This document shows positions 37,178-50,220 of a DNA stretch of 64,000 nt, piece by piece. Source of the stretch: Octopus vulgaris. Its lineage: Eukaryota. Under the pieces are notes generated by a model. It worked only from the letters and a program-made list of their open reading frames with translations, made no database searches and was not told the DNA's origin. The stretch lies in assembly GCA_951406725.2 (NCBI GenBank), contig OX597836.1:20708001-20772000 (forward strand). Direction: 5' to 3'. The position numbers and the translations under genes were made by a program. Within the stretch, counting starts at the first letter, position 1; the number at the start of each line of letters is the position of its first letter.

Positions 37178-38309
37178 TACTCTTTACTCCTTTACATGTT
37201 TCAGTCATTTGACTGCGGCCATGCTGGAGCACTGCCTTTAGTCGAGCAAATCAACCCCGGGACTTATTCTTTGTAAGCCCAGTACTTATTCTATCGGTCT
37301 CTTTTGCCGAACCACTAAGTGATGGGGACGTAAACACACCAGCATCGGTTGTCAAGCAATGCTAGGGGTACAAACACAGACACACAAACACATACATAGA
37401 TATACATATATACGACAGGCTTCTTTCAGTTTCCGTCTACCAAATCCACTCACAAGGCATTGGTCGGCCCGGGGCTATAGCAGAGGACACTTGTCCAAGA
37501 TGCCACGCAGTGGGACTGAACCCGGCACCATGTGGTTGGTTAGCAAGCTACTTACCACACAGCCACTCCTGCGCCTATATAACTTTTTTTTTTTACTCTT
37601 TTCAGTCATTTGACTGCAGCCATGCTGGAGCACCACCTTTAAGTGAATATATCAACCCCAGGATTTATTCTTTGTAAGCCTAGTACTTATTCTATTGGTC
37701 TCTTTTGCTGAACTGTCAAGTTACGGGGACATAAACACACCAACATCAGTTGTCATGTTATGGTGTGTATGTGTGTGTGTGTGGGGGGGAAACAAACACA
37801 GACATATATATATATACACACGACAGGCTTCTCTCAATTTCCATCTACCAAATCCACTCACAAGGCTTTGGTTGGCCAAGGTGCCATGCAGTGGGACTGA
37901 ACCCGGAGCCATGTGGTTGGTAAGCAAGCTACTTATCACACAGCTACTCCTGCACCTATATATAAAAATTTTACTAGTTTTAGTCATCAGACTGTGGCCA
38001 TGCTTGGGCACCGCATTGAAGAAATTTTAGTTGAACAAACCAACTCCAGTACTTATATTTTTAAAAGCCTAGTACTTATTCTATTCATCACTTTAGCTGA
38101 GCTGCTAAGATATGGGGATATAAACACACCAACACCAGTTGTCATGCAGTGGGAAGGGGGACAAACATAGACACAAAGACATACACACATAAATATGATG
38201 GGCTTCTTTTAGTTTCCGCTTACCAAATCCACTCACAAGGCTTTCATTGGCTCAAGGCTATAGTAGAAGACACTTGTCCAAGGTGCCACCACACAGCCAT
38301 ACTTGTGCC
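37178..38309 (-). mobile_element. Three head-to-tail family-1 SINEs (37178-37576, 37592-37957, 37972-38309)
   Basis: Three successive same-orientation copies of differing divergence, separated by about 15 bp. Confidence 0.85.
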
Positions 38310-39494
38310 TATATATTTTCTTTGATTTTTAATTATTTGAAATTTTCCTGTAAAGAAGGAGTTGGTTTCTAATAAAAATACAAAACCCCATTATTGGAAC
38401 ATTGATAATAAAAACAATGTCACATTTTGAACTTGAGAAAAAGTCTTGCATATCTTTACTGTTCCACTTACAGATTGTATTTGCAATGTACAGCTATAAG
38501 ACTAACACATATACAAAAAACACTAGAGAATGTTTATGTCCTCGGGTAATTTGAATAATTAAAAGAAAAATAAACTAAAAGAATCAATTTGAAGTGACCA
38601 AAAGATAAAGAAAGATAATAAATATTGTACAAGATGAATTCTTGACCTATTGAAATTATTTTTGCTTTGAGAGAAGGTAAACAAATACCCAAGCAGCTAT
38701 AAAGTAAAGTCTATAGCGATAAACAGATAAAGAATAAAGTATTCTACTATACTTAACTATCCTGATGGAACAAAATAGAAGAAGTGAATGCGAGATTTCA
38801 TTATTAATCATCCTTGGTGCAAATAAATAAAGGTTAGTGGAGCTGTAATTAACTTCCATTCATATTAAACTGTCTCGTTAACTTGTTGACACACAGAAAC
38901 TTAAGTAATTAATAGAAAGTTGTAACTAATAGTTGTATGTTACAGTGAGTACCAACTTTGTGTGTGCATGTAACTAGTGACTGTATGTGCTTGTGTGAGC
39001 ATCAATGCACGTGTGTATTTGAATGCTGAAGACTTGCATATGAGCTGATGGTACAAACAACCAAATGGAACGATGATGAATGAAAACAAGCAACAATGTG
39101 GGGAAATTTAATTCTCTTGTTTTCATTCACTGCACTTGGCTCTTTGATTACATAGGAGCTTCACTCTTTCATCAAAGACAGTAATGGAGTAGCGAGTGAG
39201 TGAGTGAGTTCGGTGATGTGAAAAGTCACATTGATAACACTAGAACTATACAGAAACAGGCATAAACAATAGTCACAGCTGAATAATATGTCTGTCATTG
39301 AAGAATAGAAGGAAGAGGAGGGATGACCACAGCAGAAGACAGAAGCCAAAAGAAGGGAGGAGAAAAAAAAAGTGAGAAAGGAGGGGAAGAGAAGACAGAA
39401 AGGTGCGATGATCTGGAGAAGACAGAAAAAAAGAACACAGAGTAGAAAGGAAGAAGAATTTTGAAGTTGTAGGAAGCCGATAGAATATGATAAA

Positions 39495-40025
39495 GTTCAA
39501 AGGATTATTTACCTAATTTCAGTGGAATACATCCACTGGTTCGTGTGTTATATAGCTAGCTAGAGGCGATGGCCTCTTGGAGCTAATCAACGGCAGCTTC
39601 CGTCCTATATTTATGGACTGCCATATTAGCTTGGCGATAACTGTTAATATCCAGTATCGCTGCCGTAGTCTCCTTTAGAGAGACTTAGAAATAATAATAT
39701 TTCTATTTTTGAAAACCAGTGGATGTATTCAACTGAAATTCGGTAAATAATCCTTTGAACAGATGGTCAGCAGTGACACCTGCTGGGTCTGGCTACTCGG
39801 CATTGATAAAGGGCAAATACCCTGAAACATGTCTGCAGAGGCCTGACCAGCAAGGGGAAGCAGCTCACCTCCCCTGTTCGAAGGTTATAATGGTCACAGG
39901 TTTGCGTGTCATATAGCTAGCTAGAAGCAATGGCCTCTTGGAGCTAATCAACAGCAGTTTTCATCCTATATTTATGGACTGCCATGTTAGCTTGGTGATA
40001 TCTATTAATGATAATAATAATAATA
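39495..40025 (+). mobile_element. Penelope-like remnant (tandem terminal repeat, inverted 5' piece and hammerhead)
   Basis: Direct repeat 39542-39648 / 39905-40009, inverted repeat 39495-39541 / 39714-39760, and a hammerhead at 39781-39852. A related unit is near 51315-51410. Confidence 0.7.
39781..39852 (+). ncRNA. Type-I hammerhead-like motif, U3-A8 variant with extended bulged stem I
   Basis: CTCGGCA-TTGATAA-AGGG-caaata-CCCT-GAA-ACATGT-C-TGCAGAG. Stem I extends TGCTGG.TC.GGC / GCC.GACCAGCA past a TA bulge, and the cleavage triplet is GUC. Confidence 0.7.
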
Positions 40026-40939
40026 ATGATTTCAAATATTGGTACAGGGCCAGTAGTTTCTGAGGGAGGGGCAAGTCGATAACAGTGAACCCCAGTACTT
40101 GACTGGTACTAATTTTATCAATCCTGAAAGGATGAAAGGCAAATTTGACTTTTGTAGAATTTGAGCTCAGAATGTAGATAGACAAAATTCTTAACAGCTT
40201 TTTGTCTAGCATGTTAATAGTCCTGCCAGCTTACCATCTTAATAATGTCCTGAAATTTTGGGGAAGATGGCTAGTTGATTACATTAACCTCAGTGTTTCA
40301 CTAATAATCTTCTCTACTATAGGTAAAAGGCTTGATTTTTCAGGGAAGGGGACTAGTTGATTACAGAGACCTTGAAAGGATGAAAGGAAAAATTGGCTTT
40401 GGCAAAATTTGAACTCAGAACGTAAAAACAGATGAAACACTGATAAGCATTTCGTCTGGCATGCTCGCAATTCTGGAAGCTCACAGTGTTAATAATAACA
40501 ATAATAGTGATAATTCATAGGTGTTGTTTCCTGAGTTAAAACTTAATTAATCGATCCATTTATCTACAAATTTACTCTCTCTCTCTTACACACACATATG
40601 GACACGTACATAGATTTTACAAATACGAAACAATAAAAAATACAAAGAAAGCTTCACACAAGTAATTAGGTTTAGAAAAATATATTTACATGTCTACTCT
40701 CTCTCTCATATAAAATGTATTATTTAGGAAGCAAATCATTTACGTGAAAAATAGAAAAATTTTGCTGGAATTGGAAAAACAAATGTCAGTTTTAGATCAG
40801 ACTGTGTGGAACCATGCAAACCATTTCAAAATCATGGCATTAGTTTAGAGAAATCTTTTAATTTTCTTCGGCTACCTACTTTATAACCAATCTACCTATT
40901 TACCTACTTGCACATAAACCTTTCTTTTTATCTACCTGT

Positions 40940-40977
<38 letters not shown>

Positions 40978-41725
40978 GTGATTTCAAACAATATACCTAT
41001 TTTTACCTGTATATCTATCTTGCACGTAATCCTAACAATATGTCAGTGTAAATATGTCCGTCTGTTTATCTATCTAACCATCTATCTACCTACATACCTG
41101 ATTTATCTGTAATTATTACAATCACAAAACACAGGGGAAAATACAAACAAAAACTGAACACAAACATATATATATATATATAAAGCAACAACAAAAACTT
41201 GCAGATACATTTTAATCTCCAGAACATTTGCTTGGCAGCAAAAATAATTGTATGTGTCTCTAATTTCATTTAACACGCATGTCTTTGCATGACAGTGAAA
41301 TACGTGCTGTTAAGTTAAACAACAATGTATTTTGCAAATTGCTTTGGTGGAGAAAAAAAAAAAAAAAAAAAAGAGAGAAATTACAATGTTTCAAACTACA
41401 TATCTCAATTAATCTGAAAGCTTTGTCTCAGTATTGATTTCAAGGTGTGTTATGTTGTATCTGTTGTGATGTATCAGTTGTTTTCAATTCACATTAACAC
41501 AAACAACAGGTGGAACGACGTAGCTTTTCTATCATTTTCTGCTGTCAATATCCATGAAATGTCGATCCTTCATGTTGGTATTTAACCAACACGTTTTAAA
41601 TTTAGACAACTAAAACTTAAAAGACTCCCAATAGATTTTATTCTCAGATATAATTTCGTAATTTAAAGCACACACTACAATCATGTATAGACACAACACA
41701 CACATCTTTTATCACTTTTTTTAAT

Positions 41726-42090
41726 CTTTTACTTATTTCAGTCATTAGACTGTGGCCATGCTAGGGCACTGCTTTGAAGAGCTTTTAGTTGAATGAATCA
41801 ATCCCACTATCTTTTTTAAAACCTGGTACTTATTCAATCAGTCTCTCTTGCTGAACTGCCAAGTTATGGGAACATTACCAAACCAACACCAGTTGTCAAG
41901 CAGCGGTGGGGGAACAAACACACACAAATATATATATGATAGGCTTTTTTCAATTTCCATCTACTAAACCCACTTTGATCAACCCAAGACTATAATAGAA
42001 GGCACTTAGCCAAAGAGCTACTCAGTGGGGCTGACCCTGGAACCAAGTGGCCGAGAAGCAAGCTTCTTACCACACAGCCATGCCTGCACC
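41726..42090 (-). mobile_element. SINE family 1, older copy
   Basis: Diverged homology to family 1. Confidence 0.7.
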
Positions 42091-42349
42091 TATTGTCACT
42101 TTTATGTCTGTTATTCCATGCTTTCACAGCTTGGAAGCATCTTCTCTAACCCACCATCCTACAACTTCTCACATTCATTTGTCATCTCCTCTGAAATTCA
42201 GTATCCTGAGATCAACTTGCACCATTTCCAGTGACTCCAATAACCTGGTTTCACACCCCACTACCAAGTACCTTAGGTGCTTTTAGCTGTGTCAACTCTG
42301 TTGCAAATATTCAAGCTAGGTTTCTAGTTTGATAGAAAACCTTTATTAA

Positions 42350-42830
42350 CCCTTTAACATTTGGATCACTCAAATGCAATGCTTATTTCATCACATTGTT
42401 TTGAATTAAACAGGCATCATCTCATAACTTTGAGATTTCAATAATGTAATTGTTTTATTTTTAAAATGCGCCTGGCCCCCATGCTGGTGGCACGTAAAAA
42501 GCACCATCCGATCGTGGCTGGCTGCCAGCCTTGTCTGGCACCAGTGCCGGTGGCATATAAAAAGCACCCACTACACTCACGGAAGGGTTGGCGTTAGGAA
42601 GGGCATCCAGCTGTTGAAACACTGCCAGATCAGACTGGGCCTGGTTCAGCCTTCTGGCTTCCCAGACCCCAATTGAACCGTCCAACACATGCCAGCATGG
42701 AAAGCGGATGCTAAATGATGATGATGATGATGATTGGAGGATCGGTGTGAGAAACTAGATCTGGCCCATTTGAACATAAGGCAAGGTAGAATATCTGGGT
42801 AGAATGGGACCAATTTAGGTGCTAAAAGAT
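42350..42830 (-). mobile_element. piggyBac-type MITE P2 interrupted by a family-3 insertion (about 42470-42733)
   Basis: TTAA-CCCTTTAACATT end, with the P2 internal sequence resuming after the (GAT)n tail. Confidence 0.7.
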
Positions 42831-43695
42831 TAGATAAGTTATAAAGGTACTGTAAATGTTCATGGCCACTGCTGTTTCCCTCCTAATTAAATGGTAAAGA
42901 ATAATGAACACACACATTTATGGTCAAGTAGAACCTAAGGTTGTTAAAATGTTTATTAATATAGGGAGTATTAATAAATATAACTTGAAATAAAAACATA
43001 GTGAGGAAAAAAACAAAAGTGAAAGCAAATCTGTATTACTAATATTATGTAAATTACTTTGGCAGGTGTGGGGGACAACTCTCTATGTGTTTTGATATTA
43101 TTGCAATCTCATCAATAAAGCATAGACTTCACTATTTTACTTTTGCACTATGGATTTTGCAGACTCTTAAAAATTGGTGAGATGGAAGCCTTTTGAATTG
43201 TTATGAGTCAATACTTGCAGGGAGAAAGACACAATTTGTAAAAAGCTCTTAATGATATGTGTAAAATTTGATGTCCTTTCATACAAGTATGGAATATATG
43301 TATAAGTCTTTAATTTGTCTTTTCATGCAATAATGGCAATATAATATATTAGTTGCAAATTTTGGCACAAGGACATCAATTTCTGGGGAGGGATAAGCTG
43401 ATTACAGTGATACCAAAGTGCAACTGGTACTTATTTTATTGACCCCAAAAGGATGAAAGGCAGTCGACCTCACTGGAATTTGAACACAGAATGCAAAGAC
43501 AGATGAAAAGCTGTTCAGCCTTTACCTTGTGTGGTAATGGATACTGCTTTGTGTATACGCGTGTGTATGTTGTATATGTATAGTGTGTGTATTGTGCCTG
43601 TGTGTGTGAGTATATGGTGAAAGTGCTTGCAATGTATGTGAAATAGGGACAGGTAGAGCTTTTTGAGAAGCACTAAAGGATGTAAGTGTACTTAC

Positions 43696-43775
43696 CACAA
43701 CTTCAAAATCATTGCCAACAATTGGTTCCCAGGTTGCTTTAATTGCCGCCTCCACTCCAGGCAACAAATCACCAC
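43696..43775 (-). CDS. Patj: Patj/MPDZ-like multi-PDZ protein, internal exon A (pre-PDZ segment)
   Basis: 80 nt, phase 1-0, tgtttgtttag| ... |gtaagt. Translates GDLLPGVEAAIKATWEPIVGNDFEVV, which continues into VAQLSKF and resembles the 'W..I.G..YEIVVA..SKF' segment of MPDZ/Patj. Confidence 0.88.
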
Positions 43776-44326
43776 CTAAACAAACAACAAACAAGTTTAG
43801 TAATAAGGACTACCATGAAATACATAAGAATGCAGAACAATTTGGCCACAGTCAAATTATTGAAACAAGTAAAGGATAAAAGAATAATAAGTCTTGTCCA
43901 ACCTAGGCCAGAAGGTATGAGTGTGTGGTTAAGAAGTTCACCTCTCAAGTTATGGATTCAATCACATTATGCAGTACCTTGGTCAAGTATCTTTTACTGT
44001 TACCCAGGGGCTGCTAATACCTTGAGAGAATTCCGTAGCGAGAAACTGCATGAAGATGGTCATATATACAAGTCTCATTCAACCCATCCAAGCATGGAGC
44101 AAAAGAAAAAAAAGGGGACATGAAAATCAACCATCACTATTATCATGCATACAAGGATAATGTAAAACAAATATTCTGATGAAAACATTGCTAACATGTA
44201 AGAACTTAAACCATAATGACAACAACAACATCGTGTTTCTTATGAAAAAAGAATCTGCTTTTGATATGATTACGAGTATTTATGTTTTACAAAATCTAAC
44301 CATTTACATCACACACAATGCATATA

Positions 44327-44380
<54 letters not shown>

Positions 44381-44699
44381 TATGTATATATCACAGATAC
44401 ACATTTACATTGATTCTTGTAAACAGTTTTACATATGCACAAAAAGTGTTTTTATAGACACATACCTAAATACATGATAGTTACATGTCTGTACATACAC
44501 ACATGCACATCTGTGTGTGTGTATACATATGGTTATGTATACATATGGTTATGTATACATATACAAACAAATATTATAAAATATGTATATTTATTTCATA
44601 AAAGCACTTATAAATAGAAAAGTCTTTACCTAAAAAAATAATTACAAATACACGCATAAAACACATAGATACACACAGACACACAGACAAACACACACA

Positions 44700-44742
<43 letters not shown>

Positions 44743-45083
44743 AAACACATTTCATGTGGATTACTGGAAAACTTAAAATATATTTAACCATCAAAATGGA
44801 ACGAAATTTTTTTTTAAAAAAAGATTCAGAAAATAAAATAAATCATTAACATTAGAGAAAATATGGCAGGTAGGGGAGAAAAAAAAAGCTGTGTGTGTGG
44901 AGTGGAATACAGTCTGGGAAGTTATGTGTCTTTGAAATGATCAAAAGTATTTATCTGTTAAAATAAAAGTCCATTTTAGCTTGAACTATCATTAAATGGA
45001 AAGCTTTCATTGTAATCGTCTTCTGTCCCATCAATATTGCCGAAACAATAAGCATGTTGTAATAATGGCTTGTTTCATAATGA

Positions 45084-45368
45084 ATATGTGTGTGTGTGTG
45101 TGTGTGTGTGAGAGAAAGGGAAGTGAGGGAGAGAGAAATAGCTACACAGATAAGTAGATAGACTGATACACACACACACACCACATATGTGTGTGTGTGA
45201 GAGAGAAAGGGAAGTGAGGGAGAGAGAAATAGCTACACAGATAAGTAGATAGACTGATACACACACACACACCACATATGTGTGTGTGTGAGAGAGAAAG
45301 GGAAGTGAGGGAGAGAGAAATAGCTACACAGATAAGTAGATAGACTGATACACACACACACACACCAC

Positions 45369-45375
<7 letters not shown>
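45084..45375. repeat. Tandem triplication of a unit of about 91 bp
   Basis: Three copies of (TG)n-AGAGAAAGGGAAGTGAGGGAGAGAGAAATAGCTACACAGATAAGTAGATAGACTGATA-(CA)n-CCAC, identical outside the microsatellites. Confidence 0.95.
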
Positions 45376-45419
<44 letters not shown>

Positions 45420-45582
45420 TGTTTGTATGTGCATATATATATGTATATATACATATATAATCATATATATATGTATGTATGTTTGAATGTGTATGTGTGT
45501 GAATTTATGTTTGTATATTTGTGTGTGCATGTATATATAAACAGATGGATGAATAGATAGATAGATAAAGAGACAGAATGAT

Positions 45583-45620
<38 letters not shown>

Positions 45621-46231
45621 CTGTCTGCACCTCTTTCTCTATCTCAATACACACCCAGTTTGGCAGCTAGATAGATAAATATGTTTACATGCTATATTAG
45701 GCAGGAAAAAAGTCTGCATATATATATACATATATATAAGTCACTGCTATTTAAAAGAGTAGAAGGAAAAGCTAGAAAGCGTATTTGAATAAAATATTTT
45801 GAAAAAAATCTTTAAAATAATAATATAAAAATATTCCTTTTGAAAAACTAAATAATTTGAAGAAGAAACTATTTTACCCAATTTCATGAAAAATTGATTA
45901 TTAGAAAACAAAAATATTTTTGTTCAACTGAAAAAAATAGTTCTTTTGATTTTCATTCAAACTTTCCTCATTTCGTATCTTTGCCTCCAGTTATCTATTG
46001 ATGGCACAAACACTAGATCAAAATGTGCAAAAGTACTGGTTTCAAATTTTGCTACAAGGCCAGCAATTTCAGAGAGGGGGCAAGTTGATTGCATCAACCT
46101 CAGTGCTCGTCTAGTATTTATTTTATCGACCCTGGAAGGATGAAAGGCAAAGTCAACCCTGGCAGAATTTGAACTCAGAATGGATGGAATGCTGCTAAGT
46201 ATGCTAACAATTCTGCTAGCTTGCTGCCTTA

Positions 46232-46528
46232 TCTTTATATATAAAAGTGAAGTTGTGTGTCTGTCTCCTATGATTTATATTCCTAACTACTCCCACATTT
46301 TGCGGTGCAGTTTAACCAAAACCGGGTATCTTATAGTCGTGATTTATATCGAGCCCTTCTGGGTATTAGCGCGCGTCTACGATGAGTCTACGATTTAAAA
46401 AAAAATTTACCATCATTTTTTTCCCATTTTTAATGCATTTTTTTGCTATTTTTTGGCTATAACTCTCTAAAAATGCTTATATAGTTATTTCCCTTACAAA
46501 CCCGAGCAACGCCAGGCGATACTGCTAG
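46232..46528 (+). mobile_element. Non-autonomous Helitron (297 bp)
   Basis: Inserted between A and T with no TSD. 5' end TCTTTATATATAAAAG, 3' GC-rich imperfect hairpin CCCGAGCAACGCCAGG shortly before a terminal CTAG. Confidence 0.8.
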
Positions 46529-46893
46529 TTCTTATAATAAAGCAAAGATAAATTGAAGTCCTATGCCACAAAAGTATACATATAACTGGATTGCTTTTGA
46601 TCAGTGGTCTTCTTGGTAGGAACATATCTGAAGCTAAACAACACCATTTTGTGGGTTTTCTGGACCCAAGTTGTTCAAATTATTTCGATTGTTTCGTTTG
46701 AGATGAGGGAAGTTGGTATGTGTGATTGAGACATTTAACACCAACTTCCAAAACCTTATAACTTGCTTGATCCTGATCCAATTCCATGTCACAGATTCAT
46801 CTGTGACAACGAAGGTAGTATCAACTACAATAAGTTGCCAAGCAATCAGTTCGTTGAATGTCACTTTGCTTTTGAGCCCACTTAGTAGCACTG

Positions 46894-47254
46894 GAGCACC
46901 TTTTCAAACTCCACCCATCTAACACCCGTGGACATATTTACAAAGTAAGAAAACAGCACAGCTCCCATGACTTCAGGAAACATTTTTTCACGCTGAGAGT
47001 TGCTGAAGCATGGAACAAACTGCCGGCATCAGTTGTTAGTGGTTGAAGCACTGCATCCTTCAAAACTTCCATGCTTTCTGAGATTCGCCAACACTACACC
47101 TGATTTCCTCCCCTCCATACACACACAAGCATGTATCTGACTCATACATTGTTCGCTTTCCAGACATTTGTACATTACTGCATGTACTTTATATGCACTT
47201 TCTGACAAGTTGTGGTGCACTTGAGCACTGTATACAATAATTTCATTATTATTA
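46894..47254 (+). mobile_element. CR1-clade LINE 3' end
   Basis: Reads EHLFKLHPSNTRGHIYKVRKQHSSHDFRKHFFTLRVAEAWNKLPASVV with an (ATT)n tail. Matches 9680-10014. Confidence 0.88.
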
Positions 47255-47954
47255 CAGAGTCAAAATTTAAGATTACAGGCTTGGCCCTGCTGCTCTGTAG
47301 CTACCAGTAGCCAGGTAGTTTGGCTCTCCTACCATCTACAGATATTAGTATAGCTGTTACACTACATTAGGAATGTATTAATGGCATTAACAACAAACAC
47401 AATACATCCATTGTGTTTTTTAACACCTTCAGCTCTGTAATTGGGGATTTCTTTGATCATACGAATGATCGATTGATCACTCTGTCTGTCTGTCTGTGTG
47501 TCTGTGTGTGCGTGTGTGTGTGTGTGTGTGTGCGCGTGCGTGTGTGTGTGTGTATCAAAACATACACCCATACACACAAATCTGGAACTTCCCCAAATTG
47601 TTATTCATCCATAAATCATATTATTGTTTTTGTCCCATTTTTCAATAAACATCTGAAGATTGATGAGAAACTCGATTTAATGATTTGCAGAGTTCATTTT
47701 TTTCTCCTTTTTCATCACTTTGCAATAAATTACAAATCACACTTCTAATAATATCAAGTACTTTCTTCCTGTCATTTGTTTACAATCACATCTATCCATC
47801 CATCTACTGATTTATCTAGATATCTACTAGCTATGTACGTATTTATTTATTTCTCCATCTATCTGTTTACCTAGCTATATACATCTCTATCTATCTACTA
47901 TATCTGTCTGTCTGTCTGCCTGCCTGCCTGCCTGTCTGTCTGCTTATCTGTCTG

Positions 47955-47995
<41 letters not shown>

Positions 47996-48742
47996 ATCTA
48001 TCTATCTATCTATCTATCTCAGTGTTATAGTATTATGTCTATCTACGTATGTGAAGTGTATAAAAAAAAAAGATGGAAAAATAAATGAAAAAAAAAACTG
48101 GAAAAAATAATATAAGTATTGATAGAAATCTCTGACACCTTCTTTAGGGTTTACAAGATTAGCTAAAACATAGCGATTGGGAATTCTCTGATAATTGCAA
48201 AATTCTTCTGAAGAAAACAGAAACACACACACACACACACACACAAACAAACAAAACAGAAGTGATTGATATACAAAGAAAATTTTGTTCTTGTATTTGG
48301 TTTGACAGACTCTTGATGTGGACTTAGGTGTCGAAACATATTTTTGCGTATCTTGGGAAGGTGACTATGCTAATAACTTTCAGACACTGGAGTAAAAAAG
48401 ACATTAAAATGTCATTAAACTGTAATCTGATTTGTACCATCCCATAACAAAAAAAAAACACAGCTAGAGGCCAGAATACACATACATACCTAGATCCTGA
48501 TGCACACAGTCTCACCTCACTCCTTAAGCAGAGTCCAGTCAAAAAGACAAGTGCTTACCATACAATAAAGATGTAAAGAAATATACGTTTTACCATCCAC
48601 ACCTTTCACAAAATCCTCACCATACACCCACACATACATTCTCTCTAATACACTTGCAGGGTCAACTATAAGACACAATCCACAAACCTGAGTGCACATG
48701 TGCATAAACATGCACTCACACACAAACACACACTAACACACA

Positions 48743-48799
<57 letters not shown>

Positions 48800-49492
48800 C
48801 TGACACACATTCTTACCCAGATCCATCCAGCTATATAAATATAAAACTTAAAAACCAAAAGATTGGAAGACCTGAAGCAGACCCTGAGTAGAGAGGGGAT
48901 TTCACTGGGGAGGTTGTGAATGGCTATAACAGGACTTTAACAAACCTAAATGATTGATTAATCAAAATGAATGATTAACCAATTGTTTAGTTGATTGGTT
49001 AAATAGTCAACCAGTTAATGAATAAATAATAAAGCAGTGAAATAGAACCAGTGTATGTATTTATTATTGGCATAATGACCTCAATTAAGTACCAGTTGCG
49101 TACTAGGGTCAATCTAATTGACTAGCCTCCTCCCCCAAAATTTCAGGCCTTGTGCCTAGAGTAGAAACGATTAATTTTGCAAGATTCTTAATCTAAACTC
49201 AAATGTTGAAATGAACTGTGTAGTATCATGGGAAGCTCATCACCCCAAAATAAATACAAATACACTAGTCCAAATTCACTTCTTTCTTATTAGTTAACTG
49301 GTCAATTGTTAACAAACTGACTAATAATATTGATAAAAGAAGTGAAATTGAACCAGTGTGTGTCAATCACTGGCATAATGACCCTCTCAAAATACAAGAT
49401 ACAACAAAATTATGAAAGATATCGATTCAAACATGAACATTTAAAAATCAATGGACTTTATGTCATAGAACAGAAACTGGGTTAAAAAATAT

Positions 49493-50160
49493 GTAGACCT
49501 AACTCTCATCACTGGGGATAATTCTAGACAGGAAGGATGGGTCATCAGTGGTATGCTGACAGTGATAGTGACAGACTTCGACATGATGTTCTTTCTGCTC
49601 AGTGATCAGCAGGTAGGGGACAAACTTGGCAGAGACACACTGCATGTTCAATTCAGACATTAAGATTTGCCTGCATGAACCCATAGGACAGACCAACAAC
49701 ATCAGCAATGTCGTTAATTATCTTCTGAAGGTCCTCATGTACAAGCTGGTGAATTTTCTAAACATTACCGGGGGTGACAATCATGGTAGGTCTTCCAGGG
49801 ACATTCTACCTTTTTTCCAAGTGCCTGTGCCACTCAAAACATTGCATATGGCCCATTGCTTCTTCGCTGTTAGCTTACTGAAGCATGTTCAATGTTGTTG
49901 TAGCAGACTTCCCAAGTTTAACACAAAATTTCACATTGGTCTTTTGTTCCAACTTCCTGTCCATGACAAAATCACAGACTACAGGCCGAAACATGATCAC
50001 AAAAAACACAAATTTCACAACTTGCAAAGTAAACACAGCAACATCACTCAGTGCACTGCTACACTCAGAGCACTACTGTCCCTCACTGTGCATGCAACTG
50101 TGCTGCCATCTGTTGGCACACTACAGAACCAGTCCGAGAATTTTTTGATACCACCTTGTG
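49493..50160 (-). mobile_element. mariner transposon 5' half, pseudogenised
   Basis: TA-CACAAGGTGGTATCAAAAA terminus. From the ATG at 49964 it reads MDRKLEQKTNVKFCVKLGKSATTT...GRP...VSAKFVPYLL...FLSRIIPSDES, with stops and frameshifts. Confidence 0.88.
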
Positions 50161-50187
50161 TATATATATTTGTGTGTGTTTGTGTGT

Positions 50188-50220
<33 letters not shown>

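Noticed and set aside
45084-45375. CRISPR-like repeat array
   Set aside because: The context is eukaryotic and the units are identical with no unique spacers.
48308-48346. TTGATGT-G-GAC..GTC-GAA-ACATAT hammerhead-like string
   Set aside because: A9 is missing and there is no stem I.
48559-48687. Possible extra minus-strand exon (cag|...ATG|gtaagc)
   Set aside because: There is no polypyrimidine tract or PDZ/Patj similarity, and the 70-aa ORF frame ends in phase 0 whereas exon A needs phase 1. A non-coding alternative first exon cannot be excluded without RNA data.
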